Virus record (IMG/VR): IMGVR_UViG_3300012923_000006
Coordinates: 1-40,639 of that record
From: a virus
Length of the DNA: 40,639 nt
Strand: one strand, 5' to 3'
The notes below the pieces were generated by a model that saw only the letters and a list, made by a program, of their open reading frames with translations, was not told where the DNA came from and searched no databases. Of this stretch, positions 15,013 through 23,739 are shown piece by piece. Each line of letters begins with the position of its first letter. Position 1 is the first letter of the stretch. A program made the position numbers and the translations under genes.

Positions 15013-15350
15013 GTCGGCACAAACGTCATTGTGGGAGCTACGGTATAGGTCACCCGCAGTCGATCGGCAGAGTTAAGCGTGAACTGTCCACTAGTGGTCC
15101 CATAGCTATAGAACGTCACTCCATCCCGGGAGAACTCCACCAATGAAACCGTCCCACCGGTAATGAGCATGAAGCCCTTCACCGCCGCTGTGAATGTATA
15201 CGGCGATGCAGCGGGTGCTGTAGGAATCACCGCGCCCGGTGCCAGTCCTCTGAATAGACCCTGCCAGAAGAAATACCATGGGGCGGCTGTTTCCCTTCCT
15301 TGGATAAGGGACACGCTATAAGTCGGGAGGCTGTTAAATTGCTGAGGCAC
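15009..15350 (-). CDS. Small structural-module protein (113 aa)
   Basis: ORF contiguous with its neighbours and beta-rich. No motif recognised. Confidence 0.5.
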   Translation of the reverse strand: MPQQFNSLPTYSVSLIQGRETAAPWYFFWQGLFRGLAPGAVIPTAPAASPYTFTAAVKGFMLITGGTVSLVEFSRDGVTFYSYGTTSGQFTLNSADRLRVTYTVAPTMTFVPT

Positions 15351-16909
15351 TATCCCGCCTCGCTTTCTTCGCCCTGCGCGGTGAGAGTAGCCCCGACGAC
15401 ATCCCGGCGGACCGGATCGCTGATGCTGGCCTCGAACACCATGTCTCGAGCCGTGGAAAGCCGTCGCCGGATACAGCGATTCTTGAACTTACCGGCCTTG
15501 CCGATATTCAGGAAGTGCTGCGTGCCGAACGTTGCGCCGTAGTCATAGGAGATCTGCAACATCGCCCGGGGATCAGAGCCCTGTCCAGTTTGCAATCCGA
15601 CCCCGGGTGCGAACTCGATCTGCAGAGCGGCAGCGAAGATGCGCTTCCGATCCTCCTTACTCCAAATGTGGGGACATCGACGGATCGCAATCAGCGGCGT
15701 ATCGCCATCCACATAGAACTTCCGAGACATCTGATAGCCCTTCTGGGCCTGAAAATCCCCCACGCATCGGATGTTCTGATAGTTCGCATAGGCGTTGGCC
15801 TTCGCTCGATGGAAGGTTCCTGTAGCAGGGTCGAATGAGGCCCTTTGGTGCCACATCTTCGAAGTGTCGTCATACACCCAGGTTTTGTCAGCGGTCGGGA
15901 ATGTCAAGACATAGAACAGATGCCCTTCTTCCTCATAGACGAATCCGAATGCATCAGACACTAGCGGGTAGCTTGTAATGGCGGCTTCTACAGCGCGGGT
16001 GGAGATGTCTTCATAGCTGTACTGGTTGGTGCGGATGACGACGTTCTCACCCCGTTCGCTCCTACCCAGCCAAACGAGCGAACTTCCAAGGCGGGCAATC
16101 GAGTGTTTCGCTGAGCAGCCTATCTGCGGAGCTACCCCAGGAATTCGGCTGAAGGCGTAATTAGCGCCTCCCGCGTCGTACCAAACTTCTGATGATCGCT
16201 CACCGATCTGCCACCACTCGCGATTGTTCACCATGTGCGTAACGAGGTTATCGCTCGAGGAATCCTTGAGTGCGAAGAAAGCACCGGGGAAGGTCAACGC
16301 ATAAGGCGTCGGGCCCGTAGTGTAATTCTTCTGTGTGCCTGGCTGATTGAAGAGAAACCAACCATCAAGGAAATCGACCCGATCCGATCCCAGAAATCCA
16401 GGATCCGTGATCTGTGTAAGGGTCAGTCCGGTAATGCTGTAGTAATACCCATATGGGCCATCGACAATGCACGCGGTTGGGGTGCCGCTACTCATGCCAT
16501 TATCGGCAATGGATATAGGTCCGGAGTTGGTTAGAATGCTGCCGATCAGTGTCTTTGAGAACCGTGCGATTGAGGTTTGAGTAGCGGCAACGATCATTCG
16601 GGTGAGAATGACCGAGCTTCCTACCACCCATAGCGCATCTATCCCGCCCGGCAATACCCAAATTCCGCGGACTCCGCCGGTCAAAGGGACAGTCGTGCCG
16701 TTCGTCATGATACTGAAGTCGAAAATCTGGTTGAGTCCCGGAGTCCCCAGCAAAGCGGTTGGGGTTTTCGACTTGCCATCCTGGCTGACTTCGACATACC
16801 AATTGATCAGGCGTTGGGAATCCTGATACGGATCTGGTGCCTCATAACTTTGGCCTACAAATCCAAAGTCACCAGCCTCCATCAGCGAAAGCCCCCGTTC
16901 AAAATCCAT
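15350..16909 (-). CDS. Tail hub/nozzle-like protein (positional analogue of P22 gp10 or T7 gp12)
   Basis: 519 aa. The size, position and C-terminal pattern (KNRCIRRRLSTARDMVFEASISDPV) are loosely reminiscent of P22 gp10. The alternative start at 16882 is not excluded. Confidence 0.4.
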   Translation of the reverse strand: MDFERGLSLMEAGDFGFVGQSYEAPDPYQDSQRLINWYVEVSQDGKSKTPTALLGTPGLNQIFDFSIMTNGTTVPLTGGVRGIWVLPGGIDALWVVGSSVILTRMIVAATQTSIARFSKTLIGSILTNSGPISIADNGMSSGTPTACIVDGPYGYYYSITGLTLTQITDPGFLGSDRVDFLDGWFLFNQPGTQKNYTTGPTPYALTFPGAFFALKDSSSDNLVTHMVNNREWWQIGERSSEVWYDAGGANYAFSRIPGVAPQIGCSAKHSIARLGSSLVWLGRSERGENVVIRTNQYSYEDISTRAVEAAITSYPLVSDAFGFVYEEEGHLFYVLTFPTADKTWVYDDTSKMWHQRASFDPATGTFHRAKANAYANYQNIRCVGDFQAQKGYQMSRKFYVDGDTPLIAIRRCPHIWSKEDRKRIFAAALQIEFAPGVGLQTGQGSDPRAMLQISYDYGATFGTQHFLNIGKAGKFKNRCIRRRLSTARDMVFEASISDPVRRDVVGATLTAQGEESEAG

Positions 16910-17823
16910 CCCGCGTCACTCGTATTGGACTGGACCAGCTCCGAGTCATAGGACGCGACAGGAACAGGATTGGCGTTCAATGCTTTGACAAATCCATAGG
17001 CCTCCTGCGTCAGCTTCTCTCTCATGGGAGTCCAGATGGCGCCGTATTCCGGTGCGAGTTCACGGGCCAGCAAGCGTTTCAACATGCGCGCATAGCCCTG
17101 CGGCATCTGGATCACGGTTGAAAGGGAAGCCAAATTGGTCAGGATCAGATCGCTGTAGAGATGCAACTCAGCCGCACCAGATGGGTTCTGATAGAAGAAC
17201 AGAGTCCCCAGCGGCATTGTCGGGTTGTACCAGAGGTAGATCGGCCACGGAGCGGAAATGGCTTTGAACCCGATACTCACATACCGGGTCTGGTCAATGA
17301 TCTCCATCGGGTAATCGAGACCAGAAGCTTGCGTGGTAATGCGTGTGAACGCATTCGTGATCCGCAGAGGCCGGGCCATCTTGAAATCACCAGGGATGGT
17401 GAATCCGATCTGCTGCGGACCCGGAGAAGCTATGCCATTGGCCGACATCGTGACCGTACCGGCGCCGGCATTGAATGAGAGGATTGTGGCGCCGGCAGGA
17501 ATTCCTGTTCCGGTCAGATCGCCTCGAGCCAGCATTGTAGAGGGGATGGTAGCCGCGGTAATCGTCGGAGAGCCGTTCGTCACCATTCCCGCAAACGTTC
17601 CGCCGCTGTAATTGCCGATGGTGTAGCGAAACTGTCCAGCAGTGTAGGTGAAGACGTCCTCTTCACTGGCAAAGACACTGGCTTCGCTGGTGCTCAGAGA
17701 CTCGAGCAGATCGTTGAGGGTGTCGAGCGCATCCTGGGCGTCGGATGCATCGAGAGATTCACCCGGCGAATAGGAATTGATGAACCGAAGGGCCCCGGTG
17801 ACCAGATCCTGACCGGTGGTCAT
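16882..17823 (-). CDS. Head-to-tail adaptor / tail tubular A-like protein
   Basis: 313 aa. The N-terminal ALRFINSYSPGESLDASDAQDALDTLNDLLESL motif recurs in podovirus adaptor-position proteins. This is a position-based call. Confidence 0.35.
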   Translation of the reverse strand: MTTGQDLVTGALRFINSYSPGESLDASDAQDALDTLNDLLESLSTSEASVFASEEDVFTYTAGQFRYTIGNYSGGTFAGMVTNGSPTITAATIPSTMLARGDLTGTGIPAGATILSFNAGAGTVTMSANGIASPGPQQIGFTIPGDFKMARPLRITNAFTRITTQASGLDYPMEIIDQTRYVSIGFKAISAPWPIYLWYNPTMPLGTLFFYQNPSGAAELHLYSDLILTNLASLSTVIQMPQGYARMLKRLLARELAPEYGAIWTPMREKLTQEAYGFVKALNANPVPVASYDSELVQSNTSDAGWILNGGFR

Positions 17824-17826
17824 AGG

Positions 17827-18192
17827 TTACTCGTAGAAGACTGAAATGATTCCCGATCCCGCCGCTACGACCGTTGCATCACTGTCGGGTGCCAGATTTG
17901 TCACTGCGAGGAATAAAAGGCCAGCTTTCTGCAGGCCGTCCGGCCACGATTGCAGAATGTTCCCAGTGGTCGTGCCGAGCGCCGGTAGTTCAATGGTGAT
18001 ATCCGGCACCGTAGTTCCCACAATGGGCGTCGGGGCCGCGGGTGTCGATACATACCAGTAGAACTTCAGGAAGATCGCCGCAGCAGTCGTATTGAGCGCT
18101 GCAATGCCTTTCAGGGATGCCGTAGCGCCGTCCTTGACCTGCGTCAGGTTGGTCGTATTGGCTACAACGATCCTTTTGACTGCGGCGGTCAT
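17827..18192 (-). CDS. Small structural protein (121 aa)
   Basis: Beta-rich ORF downstream of the coat and decoration-like genes. ATGA overlap with the upstream gene. Confidence 0.5.
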   Translation of the reverse strand: MTAAVKRIVVANTTNLTQVKDGATASLKGIAALNTTAAAIFLKFYWYVSTPAAPTPIVGTTVPDITIELPALGTTTGNILQSWPDGLQKAGLLFLAVTNLAPDSDATVVAAGSGIISVFYE

Positions 18193-18521
18193 ACAAGTGC
18201 GGTCGGCAAAGCTCCGGGATTCTCCGGCCGATTAAGCTCGATGAAATAGGTGTCGCCGACAGTCGGAACGATGGGCGCGCCGGTGTTGTTTGAGAATGTG
18301 ATGGCCACGGTATTGGCAGCGCTCACCCTCGAATTGACGATTCCCAAACCCGCCTGCGCGGTATTTTTGGTGACTGCAATCTGATCTCCAGGCAGCAAGC
18401 CCTGAAATGTGAAGGTTTGCTCAGCTGTCGTATTGGCTGCGACACTGACGAGTGACTGAACAGTCTGCAGAATCATCGCCAGTGCGATGTTCCCGCGCGG
18501 AAGAGTTGACGGACCGGGCAT
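18189..18521 (-). CDS. Small beta-rich structural protein, paralogue B (possible capsid decoration)
   Basis: Shares NTTAEQTF...GDQIAV...NSRVSAANTVAITFSNNTGAPIVP with 18566-18991. AGGAGGG lies upstream. Confidence 0.5.
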   Translation of the reverse strand: MPGPSTLPRGNIALAMILQTVQSLVSVAANTTAEQTFTFQGLLPGDQIAVTKNTAQAGLGIVNSRVSAANTVAITFSNNTGAPIVPTVGDTYFIELNRPENPGALPTALV

Positions 18522-18533
18522 ACGCCCTCCTGG

Positions 18534-18558
18534 AAAAGCCCCGGCTCACAACCGGGGC
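18534..18558 (-). terminator. Candidate intrinsic terminator or attenuator between the two paralogues
   Basis: Minus strand reads GCCCCGG-ttgtgag-CCGGGGC followed by TTTTCC. The 7-bp GC stem is at 18538-18544 and 18552-18558. Confidence 0.55.
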
Positions 18559-18565
18559 GGTTGGG

Positions 18566-18991
18566 TTACACAACAGCAGTCGGAACGAAGGCGTAAGTCG
18601 TCGTTCCGGGCGGCTTGGTGCTCTGGTTGAACCGAGCGACTGTCAGCAGATAGAGCCCCGTAAGAGGTACTACGGCGCCAGCCGTGGGATTGACGAATTC
18701 CAGATAGAACTTGTCATCCACAGATGCGTCCACTCGGGCATTCGCCACGACCACGCCCGTTGTCATTCCCGGCGGATTGACTCCGATGATCACATCGCCA
18801 GCCTTGATGCCGGTGGCCGCAGTGACCTGCGACACACCGTTCAAGCCAAATGATTGCTCGGCCGTGGTAATCGTCGCAACCGATAGCGGCGTGAGGTTCA
18901 CCGCGATCGTCTGGACCGTGACTTCCGGACTGTAAGGGGACTGCGTGTTGACCGTAGTCTGGGACGCAGGACCCGGATTCACTGAAGGCAT
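18566..18991 (-). CDS. Small beta-rich structural protein, paralogue A (possible capsid decoration)
   Basis: ITTAEQSF...GDVIIGV...NARVDASVDDKFYLEFVNPTAGAVVP aligns with paralogue B. AAGGAG lies upstream, and the gene is immediately after the coat gene. Confidence 0.5.
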   Translation of the reverse strand: MPSVNPGPASQTTVNTQSPYSPEVTVQTIAVNLTPLSVATITTAEQSFGLNGVSQVTAATGIKAGDVIIGVNPPGMTTGVVVANARVDASVDDKFYLEFVNPTAGAVVPLTGLYLLTVARFNQSTKPPGTTTYAFVPTAVV

Positions 18992-19003
18992 TGTCGTTAC
19001 TCC

Positions 19004-20359
19004 TTAACCGGCCACGCGGCAAGCCAGCTGCCGGTAGAGGCCCGCGTAACCGTAAAGCACGTCGATACGTGTCGGCAGCGCGTCGTTGTTGATGGTGTAC
19101 TGGGTGACCGAGCGCATGCTCATTCCGATGTCGGAATCATTCGCTCGAGCCGCCTCATGGACTCCGCGAGGCAGCGGCAAATCCGCAAACGCCAGTGCGA
19201 AGGCATTCCGATGCGTCACGATTCCCTGCGGGGTGACCTTCGTGGCGTTGGCAGTTCCGCCATTGACCGTGAGGGCCGAGGTTGCCGTGAATGCCGCCGT
19301 AGTCACCGCGTTCTGGAACTGACCACCGGTGATGCAGCACTCGCCGATCAGGATCGACAGCGCTCCAGCGCCACCACCAGAGGTGTACACACCCGTTGCC
19401 GGGTTGAACGTACCGCTGGTGAGGGTTGCGGCAGCGAATGCCAAACCCGGAGTCGCAGTACCGATCGGGTTCTGCGTGTAACCACCCGGAGGCAGGACGA
19501 CGAACTGCTTCAGCGCGTTTCCATACTGAGTTCGGCTCTGAGGATTGGCTGGGAAGACACCCGCAATCTGGATGATATCGCCGACCTTGATGACGCCAGT
19601 CGTTGCGGTCCAACCGTTGGTCTGGATGAAGCCAGACTGCGCCCAGCCGGAGGTCAGGAAGGCCCCACCAGTATTGGCCGTGAGCAGAGGTGTTCCGCCC
19701 TGTGCGCCAGTGGTGAACGATACGACGTTCTGATCTTCGAACCAGTCGAGACCGGCGAAGTTCTTGGCGATCATGCCGTTTTTGACGTACTCGCCCAACT
19801 GCGCCTGGGGATTGAACAACCCCTTCACGCCGTCAGTGGCCGAAGACATTGAGAGCGGGTCCAAGACCAGGTTCCTGTCGCCTTTTGGACAGGCTTCGAA
19901 GGCCAGCAACGCGCGGGCATCGGAGAAGGTCTTGTACGAGGAAGGACTGACGCCCGGAGTACCGACAGACAGCGCGGTATTTTGGTAGGCGAAGTACAGA
20001 CCATCCGAGTCCACCCGGTTGGCGATCGTCGCCATCATCGGGGCCAGCACTCTGGTGCGAAAGCGATCCATCGACAGCAGCAAGTCTGCCGTGGAGAACT
20101 GGACGTCAACGTGGAACTGGTAGTTCAGCGTGACGGGGATGTAGGTCTCGTTCGTGTCCTCGACGTTGAGGGCGGGACCGAACGTACCGAGATAGCGAGG
20201 AGGCCGGCGGACGTTACAGGTCGCGCCAATCTTCGCTTCCTTGACCGCGAATTCGTCAGAGTACTGGCGATCGACCTTGTCGGCGAAGATGAGAGTGTTC
20301 TCCAGGATCACGAGCCCTTCGTTCGTGATGTAGGAGATTGTCAGCAGGTTGTTGCTCAA
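19004..20359 (-). CDS. Major capsid protein, P22-coat-like
   Basis: 451 aa following the scaffold. ISYITNEGLVILENTL, VGDIIQIAGV and the C-terminal RIDVLYGYAGLY resemble the P22 coat family. TTG start with GGAG 8 nt upstream. Confidence 0.7.
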   Translation of the reverse strand: MSNNLLTISYITNEGLVILENTLIFADKVDRQYSDEFAVKEAKIGATCNVRRPPRYLGTFGPALNVEDTNETYIPVTLNYQFHVDVQFSTADLLLSMDRFRTRVLAPMMATIANRVDSDGLYFAYQNTALSVGTPGVSPSSYKTFSDARALLAFEACPKGDRNLVLDPLSMSSATDGVKGLFNPQAQLGEYVKNGMIAKNFAGLDWFEDQNVVSFTTGAQGGTPLLTANTGGAFLTSGWAQSGFIQTNGWTATTGVIKVGDIIQIAGVFPANPQSRTQYGNALKQFVVLPPGGYTQNPIGTATPGLAFAAATLTSGTFNPATGVYTSGGGAGALSILIGECCITGGQFQNAVTTAAFTATSALTVNGGTANATKVTPQGIVTHRNAFALAFADLPLPRGVHEAARANDSDIGMSMRSVTQYTINNDALPTRIDVLYGYAGLYRQLACRVAG

Positions 20360-20411
20360 AACGGCAGCTCCGAAAGAGGGTTGTCATACCCGCCGCCGTC
20401 TCAAGCACGCT

Positions 20412-21425
20412 CTACATGCGTTTGCCTGACGCGCGCTCCGTCATACGGTGAGCGCGCAGCTCCTGGAAGCTCATCTCCGACGGGTCCTTTTTGACCGGGG
20501 TCGCAGCATCACCACTCAGAGGCTGAATCGGTGCGGGCGCCCTGGAGACTTGCCGAGTTGACTGTGTAGGGGGTTCGCCTTTCGGGGGATCCTTCACCTT
20601 CGCAGCCTCTTCGAGTCGAGCCTCCAGCTTGCCGAGTTCTGCTATACAGCGGCTCGGCGAGAGCTTCGACAAACGTTCGGCTGTCTCTTTATTACCCGAC
20701 TGGGCGAGGAAATAGGCCAATTCCGGGCCAATCTCACTCTCTGCGATGTACTGGAGGCCTGCATCTGGGATGATCAGTGGAGAACCGTCCAACACTTCCT
20801 CAAAGTCAGGATGTGCCTTTTCGAACTCCGCGCGCCGCTTCACAAAGTTGGCGCCGATCTCTTCCGCTTCTGCCTGCTGCCTGGCTTGCTCGTTATGCTG
20901 TTTACCAGCCTCTCGAGCCGCTTTGGCCGCTTTTGCCACCTCGTACGTCGCTACAGCGCGGGCGTACTCACCGACCGTCTTGAAGTCGTCTGGATTGGGT
21001 TCATCACCTTCACCAGCCGCTGGGCCCTGGCCTGACTTCGTGCCCTTGAGCGAACTCAACTCGCGCTCGAGAGCTTCTGCCCGTGCTTCTGCTGCGATTG
21101 CTCGGCGCGCTTCATCGCGCCCGAACTCTTCCGCCTCTTTCATCGCTCTGTGCTTCTTTCCGATCACACGTCGAGCGTGTTCGGTCAGATTCGCGCCATC
21201 GGGGTCATCATCTGCGGGCTGAGGCGCCGCCTTACCTTTCTCCTCTGGAGACTTCTCTCCAGTGGGAGACTGAAACGTACCGTCTGCAGCGCGGGGATTC
21301 AACTCCGTCTTGCTGTCCGAAGTTGCAGGCTTGTCATCCTTCGGCGCATCGGGAGCTTTGAACTCCGCGACTTTGCCAGTCTGGATGAACTCGACCATGT
21401 TGTCGTTCGTGACTACCTGAGCCAT
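20412..21425 (-). CDS. Scaffolding protein
   Basis: 337 aa, Ala/Glu/Lys-rich helical low-complexity sequence located between portal and coat. Confidence 0.65.
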   Translation of the reverse strand: MAQVVTNDNMVEFIQTGKVAEFKAPDAPKDDKPATSDSKTELNPRAADGTFQSPTGEKSPEEKGKAAPQPADDDPDGANLTEHARRVIGKKHRAMKEAEEFGRDEARRAIAAEARAEALERELSSLKGTKSGQGPAAGEGDEPNPDDFKTVGEYARAVATYEVAKAAKAAREAGKQHNEQARQQAEAEEIGANFVKRRAEFEKAHPDFEEVLDGSPLIIPDAGLQYIAESEIGPELAYFLAQSGNKETAERLSKLSPSRCIAELGKLEARLEEAAKVKDPPKGEPPTQSTRQVSRAPAPIQPLSGDAATPVKKDPSEMSFQELRAHRMTERASGKRM

Positions 21426-21428
21426 CTG

Positions 21429-23549
21429 TTACTCCGCTCTGTCTTTGGTTCCCGCATCGATCAGGGCACGAGCGGCTTTCTCGTCGCCTTCTGCCTCTGC
21501 GCGGGTGTTGAGGAGCTGTGTCGCTCCATGAATCTCAGCCACGTCCCGTGATGTCGCACCCTTCATGTGCTCGACCTGAACGCGGTTCTCGTTGTTTCGG
21601 TCGATCTCTTCGAGCTTGCCGTGAACCTGCATTTCCTTCACAGATCCCTGGTACTTGATCTCGAGTTGAGCCTGCTGCAACTGTCCCTGGAGGTCCTGCA
21701 GCTGCTTCTGCATCGATCCGATGATGTTCTGAGCCTGTTTCGGTAGGCCCTCGACCATCTTCTCCATCGCCGCGGGAATTGTTGAGGCAACCCGGTCTGC
21801 GAGTTCGTCAGCGCCATGCCAGTCCATATTACGCAGGACCAAATCGGCCCCCTGCTGTACCACAACCTCACCCAGCGGGGTTCCGAGGACCTCGACCATG
21901 TTCTCCGCGGCTTCCTCACGCTTGGTTGCATAGCCAGGTCCGGTATCCATGACTACGGAATACAGACCCACGGTCATGTCGTTCTTCACTCGTTGAACGC
22001 CGCTGTCGTCCGGAGCGCCTTGCTCGTTGATCTTAACCACCTGCGGAACTCCATCCTCGCCAATGATCCGCTGCATCCGCTCGGTGTCGTAGTAGTGCGG
22101 GATCATCTCGAGCAGCACTTCACCGGTCCAGGCAATAGCCAGAGTCTGATTGTCGTAGTACTGAAAATGCGTCAGATCCTGCATGCCCTGCCGGCGTTGG
22201 AGGTACTTGTTACCGCCGACAATCCGCGAGGCGAGCTCGGGATTCTCCTGCGGCATGCCCGCCACGCTCATCAGATCGTGTTCTGCTCCAGCAGCAGCAG
22301 CGGCCATGCCTTCTTCTACCGGGACCGGCGGCTGTCTCTGCGGAGGGGGGAGAACCTGTTCCCCTTGAGCAGTCGTGACAGTGACGGCCTTGTATACCAG
22401 TGTGCTGTAGGATTTCTGGTTGGCGTCATTCCATTCCGGATGACCATCAGTCTGGCCCTCGGCCACAACCCACGGAGCCTTGGGAGCCAATGCATAGCGT
22501 TCCGTCTGGGCAGTACGCCAGTAGTTGTACATCTGCGCAGGGTCGATCAGATCCTCGACCATACCCTTTCGAACTGTCTTGCCGTCGATCTCTTCGACGT
22601 TGCCTTCGGAGCGGATGACCGGGATATATCGACCGGGAATAGTGGTTCGCTCGACAATCTCTTTGCCGTTGAGCCGGAACCACTCGACCGTTAGCCTGGT
22701 GCTTGGGCGCTCGACAGGCGTTCCAGTCTTCGGATCGATCTGCGGCTGGTAGTTGAGCGCGGTTCGAAGTTCTTCGGCCGGCAATTCGGACTTGAACAGC
22801 GTACTGCCATCGTTCATTAGGCAGAGCGTGTCTCTGACCTCATGAATCCGGTAATACTCCGCAAGTCGAATCTCCTCCTTGCCTTCCCACTCATTGTTGA
22901 GAATCCCTAAGTCACCCGGCGAATCGACATAGCTGTAGTCGATGTTCTGGGCCTTGGGATAGCGGCGCTTGTACTCCTGCCGCTTCATGGTTTCGGAGAT
23001 GATGCACCACTTCTGATCGCGACCATCCGGGAACTTGGCACCCGGATCCATGTACACGCTGAAGTGATTGCGGATCGGGAGGATTTTCAACTCCTGATCC
23101 ATGCTTTTCGGACCTAAGAACTCGCCCGCAATACGCCAGTAGCCCCAGCCGATGTCGACTGCACCTTTGGCTCCGCGGTCATAGGCAACAGAAGCATACG
23201 AGCGATTCTCGATATGCCGGATTATTCCCTGCACCGTTGCCGCAGTATCGACGTTGGCCCCATCTCCCACGGGATGGACCTTGATCCTAGGTCGTTGCTG
23301 ACGAAGCGTGTTCTCCTGGCGCTGGCAGAATACATTGGCATGATTGATCGTAAGAGCTGGTCTACCAGAGCTCTTGCGCGAATTTTTAACGTCATCCGGC
23401 CACTGCTCGCCCCAGCGGAACTTGATGGCCTTGACGCCCTTCTTGCGGTTCTCAGACTCGGCAGCTTGGGCAATCTGCAATCGGTCTGCACATTCACGCC
23501 AGATACCGTCGTCAGAGATTGCGTCCTTGTCCAGATCATCACGAGCCAT
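21429..23549 (-). CDS. Portal protein
   Basis: About 706 aa immediately after the terminase genes, with a C-terminal coiled-coil tail as in P22-type portals. ATG 23549 is preceded by GGGAG; the track start at 23576 is TTG. Confidence 0.75.
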   Translation of the reverse strand: MARDDLDKDAISDDGIWRECADRLQIAQAAESENRKKGVKAIKFRWGEQWPDDVKNSRKSSGRPALTINHANVFCQRQENTLRQQRPRIKVHPVGDGANVDTAATVQGIIRHIENRSYASVAYDRGAKGAVDIGWGYWRIAGEFLGPKSMDQELKILPIRNHFSVYMDPGAKFPDGRDQKWCIISETMKRQEYKRRYPKAQNIDYSYVDSPGDLGILNNEWEGKEEIRLAEYYRIHEVRDTLCLMNDGSTLFKSELPAEELRTALNYQPQIDPKTGTPVERPSTRLTVEWFRLNGKEIVERTTIPGRYIPVIRSEGNVEEIDGKTVRKGMVEDLIDPAQMYNYWRTAQTERYALAPKAPWVVAEGQTDGHPEWNDANQKSYSTLVYKAVTVTTAQGEQVLPPPQRQPPVPVEEGMAAAAAGAEHDLMSVAGMPQENPELASRIVGGNKYLQRRQGMQDLTHFQYYDNQTLAIAWTGEVLLEMIPHYYDTERMQRIIGEDGVPQVVKINEQGAPDDSGVQRVKNDMTVGLYSVVMDTGPGYATKREEAAENMVEVLGTPLGEVVVQQGADLVLRNMDWHGADELADRVASTIPAAMEKMVEGLPKQAQNIIGSMQKQLQDLQGQLQQAQLEIKYQGSVKEMQVHGKLEEIDRNNENRVQVEHMKGATSRDVAEIHGATQLLNTRAEAEGDEKAARALIDAGTKDRAE

Positions 23550-23739
23550 TGAGCAGCTCCCGGATGCTGACAGCAATACCGGCCAGGACAGCGTTGTTCT
23601 CAGCCACGATCTCAGCGGCCCGGTGCTCTGTCATCGTCTGACTGACGCGAGTTCGGGAGATTTCCTCGAGCCTTGCGGCTGCATCCATGCCAAGGGCTTT
23701 CCAGCGTTCCAATTCTGTTTCGAGCTCGGCGCGTGTCAT
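23539..23739 (-). CDS. Small helical protein between terminase and portal (66 aa)
   Basis: ATG 23739 forms an ATGA overlap with the TerL stop. Confidence 0.5.
   Translation of the reverse strand: MTRAELETELERWKALGMDAAARLEEISRTRVSQTMTEHRAAEIVAENNAVLAGIAVSIRELLNGS

Noticed and set aside
21816-22694. Long antisense ORFs inside obvious genes: 21816-22694, 19157-19852, 10156-10809, 11313-12023, 34635-35375, 38405-39016, 38421-39140, 2451-3053, 1448-1957 and 28076-28693.
   Set aside because: These are typical shadow ORFs of GC-rich DNA. They lie opposite well-supported genes, are Arg/Ser/Pro-rich, and lack RBS and coupling signals.
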